Positions 39,326 to 52,397 are shown, numbered from the stretch's first letter. The stretch is DNA of 64,000 bases from Octopus vulgaris (GCA_951406725.2 OX597816.1:166532001-166596000), one strand, 5' to 3'. Numbers and translations are program-made. Notes: a model not told the origin generated them from the sequence alone.

Positions 39326-39454
39326 GTGTAATATATATATATATATATGTATATATATATGTATGTATATATATAAATATAAATAAATATATATATATAT
39401 ATATTCACGCACACACGCACACTCCACACACGCACGCACGCGCACGCACGCACG

Positions 39455-39505
<51 letters not shown>

Positions 39506-39938
39506 CGAGTTTCTGTCAACCAATTTCGCTCACAATGCTTTGGTCGCCCTGAGGTTATGGTAGAAAACAATTAAAGAATATGCTGCCAAAAAGGAGTGAA
39601 TTCGAAACTACATGGCTGCAAAATACGTTGTTCATCTTACAGGTATGTCTACACCGATGTAAAATAAAACTGGGAGTTTGATATTTATGTCTCCCGGCAA
39701 ATAAAGCTTAGTAGCTTGAGCAGAATATTGAAATTATGTTCCAGTAAAACCACATACATTTCACTGCCTTGTTTATAAATATAAGGCAAGTTGGATACAA
39801 ACAATTTCTTAGAATTATCTCCCCTTGTCGTTAACAATAACCGCTAGGTTTTTGTTTTCTTCCTCCAGTGACGAATGAAACTTCAATTAATTGAGAATCT
39901 TTTGTTTGTACGTCGGATAATAATTATCACTTAATTTA

Positions 39939-40025
39939 CCGTATTTATTCGTTTTCAAATGACATTATTTTATACTTAATTTTAACTGATAAACTAAGGT
40001 GCGACTTATACACGAGTAAATACCA
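39939..40025. mobile_element. Tiny pogo/Tc2-type MITE remnant
   Basis: ta-ccgtatttattcg ... aggtgcgacttatacacgagtaaatacc inverted termini. Confidence 0.5.
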
Positions 40026-40189
40026 TAACTTACCAGCTACTATAAACTATTATGAAGAAATGGTGAAAGCAATGTTAGTTTATTATACACAAAATATTGA
40101 TAATCGCTTAAGAAAGTTTTTCTTCAGTAGATTAATTATTAAGTAGATTCTTAAGTAGATTAATTATTCTTTGAGAATGGTTTGTGTTC

Positions 40190-40480
40190 TTTTTAATTGG
40201 TGATTGTAGAGGAAGGAACAGAGCCTATGAGCCTTGCCAGTCTTCCGAAACTGGTAAGGTTGATGCTGTTAACGCTTCATTTAAACTGTTCCGGGTCAAC
40301 CAGGTTTGGAGGATGAATGATTGCGTAGTGTAGTTTGTGTGGGAAAAGGGACGGGTGGGCACTCAGATGTAACGAAAGGTGGAGAGACAAGTATGCCGGT
40401 GATATCAGTGGCGAAGGTATAAAACGAGGAGTAAAGGCCATAATAGGAGCGGCAGAAAACAACCAAATGTATGAAGAGTA
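40190..40480 (-). mobile_element. Old CR1/Jockey-group LINE 3' remnant
   Basis: VFCRSYYGLYS..LVSPP and RLARLIGSVPSS resemble ORF2-terminal LFYRYY.G.CS..PP and RT.RLWN.LP. Confidence 0.35.
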
Positions 40481-41602
40481 CTGGTATTTCGTTAAAGAGC
40501 ATTTGATATGGTTAAGTAACAGACGACAATCCCATTACTGATTTAAATAAACAATTGACGATTAGATAAACATGGGAGATATACTGAATGGTTTCAAGAA
40601 ATTAAAATCGACGCTGATAACCTGAAATGCAAAATAAATAACTTCACTCATCGATTAAATTTAAAAAAGACTAATACAGTACTCAATATGTAAGAGTAAT
40701 ATACACTTTTTTTAAAGGAGCTAGTGTTACCAATAGGTCATATGTACAAGGCCGAGTGTGTGTGAGTATGTACGTGTATATGTATATATATCAAGTCGTC
40801 TTAGGCTACAATTGTTGTTTTGTTGTGTACGAAAAGCAAAACAACAGTTGTTGACTAAGATGGGTTTTGTATATGTACATACAACATACATACGTACATA
40901 TATGTTTACTAGCATATGTACCCGGCGTTTCCCGGGTTAAAAAGAAAAGGAAATTTCCTGCTAAACTTGATTTATTTTCTTAATACTTACCGTGATTAGT
41001 GATTCCGTTATTACTGTCCTAACAACAAATTCTGTGAGATCATAACAACAATAAACTTGAAACAGAAAATAAAAAACAAATGAGGATCAGATTTCTTCAT
41101 ATACAACATTATGAGCTTTTTTCCAACTGAAGTATAAATGACAAGATTTGTTTTGAACTTCCAACGCGTGAGCATCCAACAAACTATTGTCCGTGGTAGA
41201 AGCAAGTCTCCTCCGATTGCAAGCCATTAACTGATCACGCCTCTCCCTGCAATTTGTTGATGGACATAACAAAACATAGTCTTTTAAACTGTACTGATAT
41301 ATCAGTGGGTATTTACGGAATTCTTGAAATGACTACATTATTACCTGCTCCACCTCCAAAGAGTATAGTAACTTCTGTAATGTACGGCATCATTTTCCTC
41401 ACAAGTCGTGTTCCATTGCACAATTTTGGAGGATCTAAATTTCTTAGACGCATTATAGGTGTTCCAAGATTCAAGTCAAGATTATGAGAAGGCAAACCTG
41501 GTGGTTCCTGTGAGTTTAAAAACTCGACTGGATAATTTACTATTTTTGATTGATCAATAGCTGTTACAGTTAATACTCAGTACATATTAAATTTATATTT
41601 AA

Positions 41603-41761
41603 TAGGAGTGGCTGTGTGGTAAGTAGCTTGCTTACTAGCCACATGGCTCTGGGTTCAGTCCCACTGTGTGACACCTTGGGCAAGTGTCTACTACTATAGC
41701 CTAGAACTGACCAAAACTTTATGAGTGGATTTGGTAGACGGAAACTGAAAGAAGCCCGTCG

Positions 41762-41763
<2 letters not shown>
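41603..41763 (+). mobile_element. SINE family B 5' half, carrying the same upstream flank as 48701
   Basis: Preceded by taatactcagta(c)atattaaatttatattt, as at 48669-48698. Confidence 0.85.
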
Positions 41764-41798
<35 letters not shown>

Positions 41799-42867
41799 TC
41801 TGGCAAATTCCAGGAAGGCACATAAGAACAAAGTTTATTGCATTCACTGTTACATTGGTCAGAGCTAGAATTGCCCTTTCACACAATCATTTGTGGTCCT
41901 TATTATGTACAGTGAAATTTGGAATGATTTTGTTGAGAACTCTTTTTTCAGATTTCACCATTGTGCAAATAGATTATGAATTTATTGCACCTTCATTGCC
42001 TACAAGTTCTCTCCCTTCTCCCTATATTAATAATTATTGAGCAAACTGTCTAGATAATCAGTTACCATAGAGATAGCTCGCATATTTGTTTCAAGCTTCA
42101 ATATTTTTATGCAGAGCTCGAGTTGCAATGATTTAAGGCCTGCACGAATTTCAGTTAGGAAGAATTTGAAGGGTTTGTGTAAAATCACCAGATAGGACAA
42201 CGCTGTCACACCTCCATTGGAGAATCATTAATTCGAATATCTCGCGATGATCTGTCAACAGCTTCAAAAGTTCTCTTGTCATTGTACACTCGTCCCATAT
42301 TATGACTTGACATCTTCTGAGAAATTCAGCTATTTCTGAATCCTTGCTGATATTGCTCACAGGGCTTTCATTAGACCATATATCCAGTGGAAGTTTGAAA
42401 ATTGAATGGCCTGAACGTCCTCCAAGGACAAGGTTAGCAGCAATGCTTGAAGGTGCAAATACAATGGCAATTCTTCTTCGCCGCCTAACTTTTGCTTAAA
42501 GCCATTTTGTAACAAATCTCTTTCCAGCCTCTTCTGGTACACCTAGGAGGGGTATTCCACTCTTCTGGTGTCTAATGATATCAATAACTGCTTCGTAGGT
42601 TTCTCTTCAATGCCACCTTTCAGCTGCTCTGTTTCTCTCTGCATTTGCAATCTATATGACTTTCTTGTTTCTGATTCTACTTCATGATAATCTGTTTTCC
42701 TAATCTCTTGGAGTGTTGCTTTTGGCGCAAATCACTCGGTATGTTCGTTGCTCATCGGATTAGTCTGGCCGATACTGTCCGCTTCTTATCCTTTGTTCTT
42801 GAAGCCTCGATGCTCTATGCAAACCTGATTTATCTTTGCCGATTCTGGGCATTTCTTACTCTTAATT

Positions 42868-43073
42868 CTCTTTTACTCTTTTACTTGTTTCAGTCACCAG
42901 ACTGCGGCCATGCTGGAGCACCGACTTCAGTCGAGCAAATTGACCCCAGGACTTATTCTTTGCAAGCATAGTACTTATTCTATCGGTCTCTTTTACCGAA
43001 CTGCTAAGTTACGGGGACGTAAACATACCAGCATCGGTTGTCAAGCGATGTTGGGGGGACAAACACAGACACA

Positions 43074-43145
<72 letters not shown>

Positions 43146-43318
43146 CATATATACGACGGGCTTCTTTCAGTTTCTGTCTACCAAATCCACTCACAAGGCT
43201 TTGGTCAGCCCGAGGCTACAGTAGAAGACACCTGACAAAAGTGCCACGCAGTGGGACTGAACCCGGAACCATGTGGTTGGTAAGCAAGCTACTTACCACA
43301 CAACCACTCCTGCGCCTA
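42868..43318 (-). mobile_element. SINE family B, full length, inside the Helitron
   Basis: Complete reverse-complement copy. Confidence 0.9.
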
Positions 43319-45359
43319 TATATTTCGTCAATACATTTGACTTACCCTCTCTATTTTTTATTGTCCTAATTCTTTGGTATTGAAGTCGAGATGATCTTCG
43401 TTCATCTGATTCCTGTTGGTGAATAATTGTTTCCTTTTCTTTTCTTCTTCCGATTCATTTTACCCATATTTCTTGTCGCTGCAATTTAGTTTCATTCTCT
43501 CTTTGTAGCTGCTTTGCCTGAGCTTTAGAAGTCATTTTTCTAAACAAAGGTCTGTTCTTCACTGGCATTTTTTCTTTGAGTTCCGCATGTCACTATTATT
43601 TATCCGAACAACATGGAGGATGTGATTCGATTAATGTTTGAAATTATACTGATAATGAAATTCAACATGTTCTGTTTTTATACTTTTCAAAAAATTTCAA
43701 GACAAGTTCAGACTTGTTTTATTATTACGACATCATTTTAAGATATTGCACCATATATCTTTAGACATTTGATGGAAGTTTAAAACTTTTTACGTATATG
43801 GAATGAAGGAAGTAATTATTTCAACACCAGCTCTGAAAATGAGGCATTTGTCCCTTGTCTCCAAGTTTAATGAACTTTACCATAAGCCCTTTTTTTTTTT
43901 TGTTACATAATTATTAAACTTATGGCGGAATTTACGTTCTTCCGAAATTTTTTCAAGTTCATTCATGGGGCCAAAAATGTATGTGCTTCCTCAATGGTCC
44001 ATGAACCAGATCCATATTTGTGCAAAACCTAATCTTGAGTTTAAGGAATTCATAAACCAAGTTTGAGCATAAATGGTCAACAGAATTTCGAGCACACAGG
44101 AGACAAACAAATAAACAACCAATTTTATACGAATGGATTTCTGACGGGTTCGAATATATATTTCTCAGACATAATTGAACTGGTATACATCAGAGACAGC
44201 TCACCTGTGAACTACAGGTGCGAGAACGAGTCGAAACGGTTGGAGTGGAATTGAATAAAGAATTTTGTAAATTCTATTTTCAGTTTCTAAACTCTACGGA
44301 CACTATTGAATACCTGAAGTATATCCAGTAGCAGGAGTATTTCTACAGTATAGTGACATCAGGTAGCCAATAACTGCAGACGAGCTTTGCATGGTATTCT
44401 ACAAAGTTTTTACCCGAATCTAGCCTACATATTTGTGTGTGTGTGTGTGTGTTTGTGTGTGTGCGTGTGTATGTGTGTGTGTGTTTGTATGTGTATGTGT
44501 GCGTGTGTTTGTGTGTGTGTGTATGTGTGTTTGTGTGTGTGTTTGTGTGTATTGCGTGTGTGTGCATGTGTGTTTGTGTGTGTGTTTGTGTGTGTGTATG
44601 TGTGTGTATGCGCATGTGTATTTGTGTGTGTGTGTGTGTGCGTGCGTGCGCGCGTGCGTGTGCAAGCATCCTAATCTACATCTGTTGTTTTATTTGCCAC
44701 ATACCTATGTACCAATTGTGTTTATTCACACCTATCAATATATTTTATTCACACCTATATTTGATTGTAATTTTAGACGATTTTTTTTTACAGAAGTAAG
44801 TTGTAAGTTGATAATCTGGTTATACAGAATTTTTATATACTTCATTTCTTCATTTTAAGTTCCTGCCCAAGGTAAGCCGATATTAGTTAAACTTTAAAAT
44901 GTAAGAACGTCTGCAACTTGTCAAGATAAGAGTCAACCATACAAAACACAATACTATCTCTAATTTCCTTTTCCAATCTGTTCAAATTCTGTTTGAACGG
45001 AGACGTGTTTCATCAACTTCGATATCAATAAAAAAAGCAACATGTGGTTGCAGTTGTTTCATTAAGAAGTGTCACACTCTATTGATTCTTTTCGATAAGG
45101 ACGAGGTCAATATTTGGAAATACCAGAAGCGTAATAAGTTTGTGGAAGAGTTAGAACAAGATCGTGATTTCGATTCGCGGACCGGATTCGCGGACCGAAG
45201 TCATCGTTGCCCTGCGATGACTTCGACACCTGACACGTGGTACACGTGTGGACCAGTACAAACAATGGCGATTTGAGGGAGGAAGTGAGCTAATGTGCAG
45301 CTCTTTCGTTTGATCACAATAAATAAATCACCTGTGATTTACAACTGAAGTGTCCAGTA

Positions 45360-45361
<2 letters not shown>

Positions 45362-45399
<38 letters not shown>

Positions 45400-45774
45400 C
45401 TGAAGTTGTTTGTGTATGGCAAGTTTGGTAGCCTTCAACTAACACTATCTCCTCCGCAATCCTGCGGCACAAGTTGACCAAAATTGAGAGTATGATAGAA
45501 GAAGGCTTGCTCTTCCTACCGTAGAAGAAGAAATTCAAATCGGACCATGTTAATATCAAAAATTATCTACATCAAAAAGGTGCTTTTTTTCTATGAAAAT
45601 CCCTTTCATTTACGATTTTTTTGACTGGTGTGTCGCCATTTTTCGGTGTATTTCAACGAGAAAAATGTTTACATAAAGAGACTAACAAGCTACATAATGC
45701 AACGTTTTTACTTTTCAAAAATTCCAATTCTAAAGGGTCGAAACAAACCCGAGCAACGCCGGGCGATACTGCTA

Positions 45775-45775
<1 letters not shown>
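45362..45775 (+). mobile_element. Short non-autonomous Helitron
   Basis: A|TC(AT)n..aaagctgaagttg start; hairpin cccgagcaacgccggg; CTAG|T. Confidence 0.9.
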
Positions 45776-45818
<43 letters not shown>

Positions 45819-45879
45819 CAGCATTACCTGATTCCTTTGGGTCTTATTGACACCATTACCTCTCATAAGCTCTCTCTCT

Positions 45880-45920
<41 letters not shown>

Positions 45921-46083
45921 AAGTAGAAAGATTTGTTTTCAACGAGTAAGTACTGATAAAACAGCATATATAGAATAAAATCGCACTGTAAAAATATATC
46001 TTTCTTCTTGTACTACTATGCATTTCAGCGCTTCAAAAACAAACTTTTATTAAGAAAATACATATTCAAATAAGTAAACCATA

Positions 46084-46118
46084 ATATCATGAATAGCGAA
46101 AGCGAAACCGGTCGATAT
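46084..46118 (+). ncRNA. Degenerate minimal hammerhead motif
   Basis: atatc-ATGAATA-gc-gaaa-gc-GAAA-ccg-GTC-gatat; stems intact, two core substitutions. Confidence 0.5.
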
Positions 46119-46169
46119 ATTAAAAATTATATTAAAACTATGTAAAGTGTGTGTATTTTCCTTTTTTAA

Positions 46170-46216
<47 letters not shown>

Positions 46217-46502
46217 TATAATAATAATAAATATTAGGGAATAAATCCAAATTTACAGGGAAAAATCAGATTTAGGATTAAATCCAATTTTATAGTAAAA
46301 TATTATATAATATAATTCGAGACAAAACCACTATTTTGCAAAACAAACAAGGAAAGACTTAATCAATACATAAAAATTTTTAATATTTATTTAATATTTA
46401 TTTCTATTTATTTATTTATCTACATACATGCATTCATACATACATACATACATACATACATACATACATACATACATACATGCATACATATATATATATG
46501 TA

Positions 46503-46545
<43 letters not shown>

Positions 46546-46710
46546 ATATATATATATATATATATTTATTTATTTATTTATATTAAAAATATATTTATTT
46601 ATTTATTTATTTATTTATATTAAAAAATTTTATGTATTGATTAAGTCTTTCCTTGTTTGTTTTGCAAAATAGTGGTTTTGTCTCGAATTATATTATATAT
46701 ATATATATAT

Positions 46711-46773
<63 letters not shown>

Positions 46774-47175
46774 TACATATATATATATATGTATGCATGT
46801 ATGTATGTATGTATGTATGTATGTATGTATGTATGTATGTATGTATGTATGTATGTATGAATGCATGTATGTAGATATATGCATACACACACACATATAT
46901 ATCCAGTCCACAGATGAGATCCAGAGATTCTCCGCATAGAAGACAGTAGTGCTCAAAAGATGTTATTACAGGGTGTCGATTCCACAAGGTAAAGAAATGG
47001 TATAGAAGCAATTATGCAGATAAGCAAATTAGCTATATTAAATATCTTAAATATAATAGTTTTGGTATGAAATACAAAATATGTATAGATGTATACACGC
47101 AAAACAAGAGAAAGCAAAAAGTGGAGACGTTTTTCAGATGATGAATTTTTAAGTATAAATATATAGATATTTATA

Positions 47176-47561
47176 CGTGGCACTCCGTCGGTTACAACGA
47201 TGAAGGTTCCAGTTGATCCGATCAACGGAAAAAAATGCTCGTGAAATTAACATGCAAGTGGCTGAGCACTCCACAGACACGTGTACCCTCAACGTAGTTC
47301 TCGGGGAGATTCAGCGTGACGCAGAGTGTGACAAGGCTGGCCCTTTGAAATACAGGTACAACAGAAATAGGAAGAAAGGGTGAGAGAAAGTTGTGGTGAA
47401 AGAATACAGCAGGGTTCACCACCCCACTCCCTGCCGGAGCCTCTTGGAATTTTTAGGTGTTTTCGCTAAATAAACACTCACAACGCCCGGTCTGGGAATC
47501 GAAATCGCAATCCTACGACCGTGAGTCCGCTGCCCTAATCACTGGGCCAATGCACCTCCAC
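47176..47561 (-). mobile_element. SINE family C, tail type 1
   Basis: Homologous to 24908-25297. Confidence 0.9.
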
Positions 47562-47754
47562 AGGTATTTATATTAATAGTTTCAACTTGCACAAAGTACA
47601 AACGAGAAAGAAAATTAACGGGGTTGAAAGGTATAAGTCAAAACCTTCACCTCGACAGGATTTGAACTAAAAGCGCATAGAACTCTGTTCGACGCTCTAA
47701 GAAGTCTATTAGTTTACCACATGTTGAACCAAAACATAAATAACTAGGAATTTA

Positions 47755-48139
47755 GTGGAGGCGCAATGGCCCAGTGGTTAGGGCAGCGGACTCGCGGTCA
47801 TAGGATCGCGGTTTCGATTCCCAGACCGGGCGTTGTGAGTGTTTATTGAGCGAAAACACCTAAAGCTCCTCGAGGCTCCGGCAGGGGATGGTGGTGATCC
47901 CTGCTGTACTCTTTCGCCACAACTTTCTCTCACTCTTACTTCCTGTTTCTGTTGTACCTGTATTTCAAAGGGCCGGCCTTGTCACTCTCTGTGTCACGCT
48001 GAATATCCCCGAGAACTACGTTAAGGGTACACGTGTCTGTGGAGTGCTCAGCCACTTACACGTTAATTTCACGAGCAGGCTGTTCCGTTGATTCGGATCA
48101 ACCGGAACCCTCGTCGTCGTAACCGACGGAGTGCTTCCC
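47755..48139 (+). mobile_element. SINE family C, tail type 1, with 14-bp TSD
   Basis: TSD taactaggaattta (47741-47754 / 48140-48153). Confidence 0.95.
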
Positions 48140-48489
48140 TAACTAGGAATTTATTCAATTTTTCCGCTGAATTCATATATATACGCACCTTAAGGAAAAA
48201 TAAAGTTTGTGTTATATTCTCCGTCAAGTCAATAAAAATAGGAACATATTTACTGAATCCTTCAGATTTAATCCTGTTGTAAATTTATTTCGATTTATTG
48301 AATGAAATTCCTACTATTGCTTGAAACTACGTATTTTTCAGATGGCTAGGAACTAAATTAGATGGTAAATGTTTTTATTTTTCAATCCTTTCGAGAATTT
48401 ATCCCTAATTAGTGGTTTGAGTTTTCTACTGCTCTTTCTAGCACATGGCTTTCCTATTTGGAACCTCTTAATGTGTTCGAATGTACACG

Positions 48490-48559
<70 letters not shown>

Positions 48560-48700
48560 ATGTAGTTTATATTCATTTAAAAGAAGAAAAAGGAAATGGA
48601 GATTAGGAAGTTAATAATTGTTTATTATTAACAGAAAATTAATCATTTTTATTTACTGCTGTTTGAATTAATACTCAGTAAATATTAAATTTATATTTGA

Positions 48701-49085
48701 TAAGAGTGCCTGTGTGGTAAATAGCTTGCTTACTAGCTACATGGTTCTGGGTTCAATCCTACTGTATGACACTTTGGGCAAGTGTCTACTACTATAGGCT
48801 CGGACCGACCAAAGACTTTTGAGTGGATTTGGTAGACGGAAACTGAAAGAAGCTGATATAAGTGTGTGTACATCTTTGCGCGTCTGTGTTTGTCACCCCA
48901 ACATCGATTGACAACCGATGTTGTTGTATTTACGTCCCCGTAACTTAGCGGTTCGGCAAAAGAGATCGATAGAATAAGTACCAGGCTTACAAAGAATAAG
49001 TCCTGGGGGCGATTTGCTCGAATAAAGGCGATGCTCTAGCATAGCCGCAGTCAAATGACTAAAACAAATAAAAGAATAAAAGAAT
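48701..49085 (+). mobile_element. SINE family B inserted in the left palindrome arm
   Basis: Head to tail match to family B. Confidence 0.9.
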
Positions 49086-49211
49086 ATAACCTAAGCATAT
49101 CTTCAGAGGAAAAAGATATACCATTGGATGTTGTATATGTGTTTATGGATTCAGTATAGCATGCTATAATGAGCCCATAAACACATATACAACATCTAAG
49201 GGTATATCCTT

Positions 49212-49293
49212 TTCCTCTGAAGATATTATGCTCAGGTCATATAAATATAAATTTAATCTTTACTGAGAATTAATTGAAACAGCTGTAGGTGAA
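49212..49293 (+). ncRNA. Type I hammerhead motif
   Basis: ttcct-CTGAAGA-..ctcag..ctgag..-GAAA-cagct-GTA-ggtgaa; palindromic stem III ACAGCTGT; stem I imperfect. Confidence 0.65.
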
Positions 49294-49355
49294 GATCATT
49301 AATTTACTGTTAATAATAAGCAATTATTAACTTCCCAATCTCCATTTCCCTTTCT

Positions 49356-49390
<35 letters not shown>

Positions 49391-49394
<4 letters not shown>

Positions 49395-49703
49395 CGTGAT
49401 CACCGTGACCGACCAGGCTATCAGATGTTGTTACACATCGCTGGTCACAATGCGCTTCACATTGTTTTAGCCCTCGAATGATGCCACCCCGCTGACTAAG
49501 CGAGCAGGCCAACAGAAGAAAGAGTGAGAGAAAGTTGTGGCGAAAGAGTACAGCAGGGATCTCCACCACCTCCTGCCGGAGCCCCGTGGAGCTTTTGGGT
49601 GTTTTCGCTCAATAAACACACACAACGCCCGGTCTGGGAATCGAAACTGCGATCCTACGACCGCGAGTCCGCTGCCCTAACCACTGGGCCATTGCGCCTC
49701 CAC
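49391..49703 (-). mobile_element. SINE family C, tail type 3
   Basis: Same head and core up to cacaactttctctcactctt, then a distinct tail ending ggtcacggtgatcacggtgat. Confidence 0.85.
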
Positions 49704-49767
<64 letters not shown>

Positions 49768-49847
49768 CATGTATGTATGTATGCAAGTATATATGTATAT
49801 GTATGTATACATATGTATATATATGTATGTGTATATGTATATATGTG

Positions 49848-49900
<53 letters not shown>

Positions 49901-49954
49901 ACATACATACATGCATACATACATATATATATATATATATGTTTATATACACAA

Positions 49955-50153
49955 CGGGCTTCCCTTAGTTTCAACCACAACCCTATATTCTTCAACCGCT
50001 GGAATATGTTTTGCGTCGTTTGCTTAGATGGTGGTTGTCTGACCTGAAAATGACAAATGCAAAATCTTTGGGTTGACACAATTAATCGTTGATTATTGTA
50101 GATAGAATTTTATAACTAGTATAAACTAGTCTTGTGACTTTTGGGCCACCATG
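49955..50153 (-). mobile_element. 5' fragment of the Tc1/mariner family at 54326
   Basis: TIR gtcttgtgacttttgggc plus reverse complement of ~54470-54600. Confidence 0.7.
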
Positions 50154-50158
50154 CATGT

Positions 50159-50227
<69 letters not shown>

Positions 50228-50230
<3 letters not shown>

Positions 50231-50865
50231 CAAGAGACCTTTAGAACAAGAGACCAGGAAACCATGATGGTCCTCTGGAGGACACTTGTCCTAAGCCACT
50301 TTGACTATTGCTCTCAGCTATGGTCACCATCCAGTGTCAAGTTAATCACAGAACTTGAGGCGATCCAACGAAGCTACACGAAGAAGATAGCCTCTGTGCA
50401 GCACATAAGATATTGGGAAAGACTCAAGAGACTGAGACTCTATTCCTTAGAGCGTAGGCGAGAAAGATATGCCATAATATACATCTGGAAGATCCTAGAA
50501 GGACTTGTCCCAAACTTTGGTATCGAGAGTTACACAAATGCCAGAACTGGGCGCCACTGCATAGTGCCAAGGACTCCAAATTTGCCATCAAGATGTAGGA
50601 CAAGATACTGTGATAGCCTGGGCTTCCGAAACTATCCTCCCGAAGAACCTAAGAGACCTGCATGGGGTGGATGCAGATGTCTTTAAAATGAAACTGGATC
50701 TCTTCTTGTCAGGTGTCCCAGATGAACCAACTTCACGGCAGGAGGTGCAGATGGCATTTGCACCAGATGGCATTTGCTAAAAAGCATTCGTGAAGTAAAA
50801 TCATGTAGCAACACCAAATGGCGGTGCCCCAGCATGGACACAGATCGTAAGCTGAAACTAAATAA

Positions 50866-50870
<5 letters not shown>
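50228..50870 (+). mobile_element. CR1-group LINE 3' fragment in (TA)n
   Basis: LVLSHFDYCSQLWSP..LEAIQRSYTK..YWERLKRLRLYSLERRRERY; 3' UTR ggcggtgccccagcatggacacag..ctgaaactaaataaaataa. Confidence 0.9.
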
Positions 50871-50936
<66 letters not shown>

Positions 50937-51125
50937 CTTAGGGTATCTACGAGATACCGCCATGCTGATAAGAGCAGCCAGTATCTGACTCTAAAACCAC
51001 CTTAAGTGTTCATATCGCACAATGAGAGAAGGCAAAAAGGCAAAATAAAACTAGTAAAGAATTTCTGACTTTGCATTTAGAAATGCTTTGCTTCATCAGT
51101 GGAATATACACAGAGAGAAACATAA

Positions 51126-51170
<45 letters not shown>

Positions 51171-51440
51171 CAACATACGAATATTCACATATACGAACGT
51201 ATACATACATATATATGCATGTATGCATCATGACCAGTTTAAAATGCCCGCTTCTTAATTCCATGTGCAATATGGTAAAAACATCTCCGCAGTAAATACA
51301 ATGACGAAATAAATTTAAATTCATATAAATAAGGATAAGATCGTTAATTTAAATTAAATGCTGGCCACTTGATAAGATCGTTATTTAATTTAAATTAACG
51401 ATCTTATCCTTATTGATACATACATACATACATACATACA

Positions 51441-51508
<68 letters not shown>

Positions 51509-52102
51509 TGTATATATTGCTACCAGCTTACAATATGGTGTGTGTGTGTGTGTGTGTGTTTGCCTTTGTGTTTGTGCCCCAGCACCGCGTGTCAACCGGT
51601 GTTTGCGTGTTTACGTCCCTGTGAGTTATCAATTCGGCAAAAAGCGACCAATAGAATAAGTTTAAAAATTAAGTACTGGACTCGATTCATTCGACGAAAA
51701 TTCAACGCAGTGCATCAGCATGGCGGCAGTCTAATGACTTAAACAACAAAAGACAAAAAAAAATTTCTTCTCAAAATTATCCTTTCAATGAATTTCGTTA
51801 TATAATGTTCTAGCCATTATCTCTGATAAACAAACATTGCTACGAGGACATATTTCTGCAGCAATTAATGATGTGGGTGACATTCTTAGTATTAATTCCA
51901 CAAAGCCTGCTTCGGTTGTCGCGTCCAGCTATTTTATTTGCACCCCTATCCATGTCAACATCAACAGGGTACTTTTTGTATGCCTGTCTGTATGTATGTA
52001 TATGTGTATGTCTGTCTGTATGTGTGTATGTATGTATGTATGTATGTATGTATGTATGTATGTATGTATGTATGTATGTATGTATGTATGTATGTATTAT
52101 GT

Positions 52103-52306
52103 AAAGTTAATCCAAACAAGAAAGCACAAAAAGAAACAACGCGAGGACGTGGAACAAATATAGTATTATTGGACACTCGGGAAAGAAGGAAAGAAGGAGG
52201 GTTTAACGTTTCGAGCGGAGCTCTTCGTCGGAGACATAGGAGAAGGAAAGATCCAGAGAAGGGAAGACAGAGGAAAAAAATCGCCAACGGTACACACGAG
52301 GTCACA
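52103..52306 (-). mobile_element. PLE tail with hammerhead motif (52201-52235)
   Basis: Minus gtct-CCGACGA-a-gagc-tcc-gctc-GAAA-cgtt-aaac; same family as 18924-19062; core U4 mutated. Confidence 0.7.
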
Positions 52307-52397
52307 TATGCATGTATGCATGCATGCATGTATGTATGTATGCATTTATGTATGTATGTATGTATGTATGTATGTATGTATGTATGTATGTATGTAT

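Larger units (their letters stand above)
40909..44132 (-). mobile_element. Helitron with decayed Pif1 helicase
   Basis: 3' CTAG|T at 40909 with hairpin cccgggaaacgccggg; [40 protein letters not shown]; putative 5' TC near 44132. Confidence 0.85.
48579..49361. mobile_element. Palindromic PLE-pLTR-like insertion (~200-bp arms) interrupted by a SINE B
   Basis: Arms 48579-48700 + 49086-49161 versus 49162-49361; centre tatagcatgctata; (TA)n on both sides. Confidence 0.8.

Noticed and set aside
47755-47830. tRNA gene
   Set aside because: tRNA-like SINE head without a closed acceptor stem, continuing into a SINE body bounded by a TSD
51060-51105. Minus-strand CTGATGA hammerhead candidate
   Set aside because: GAAA box and stem I are not intact
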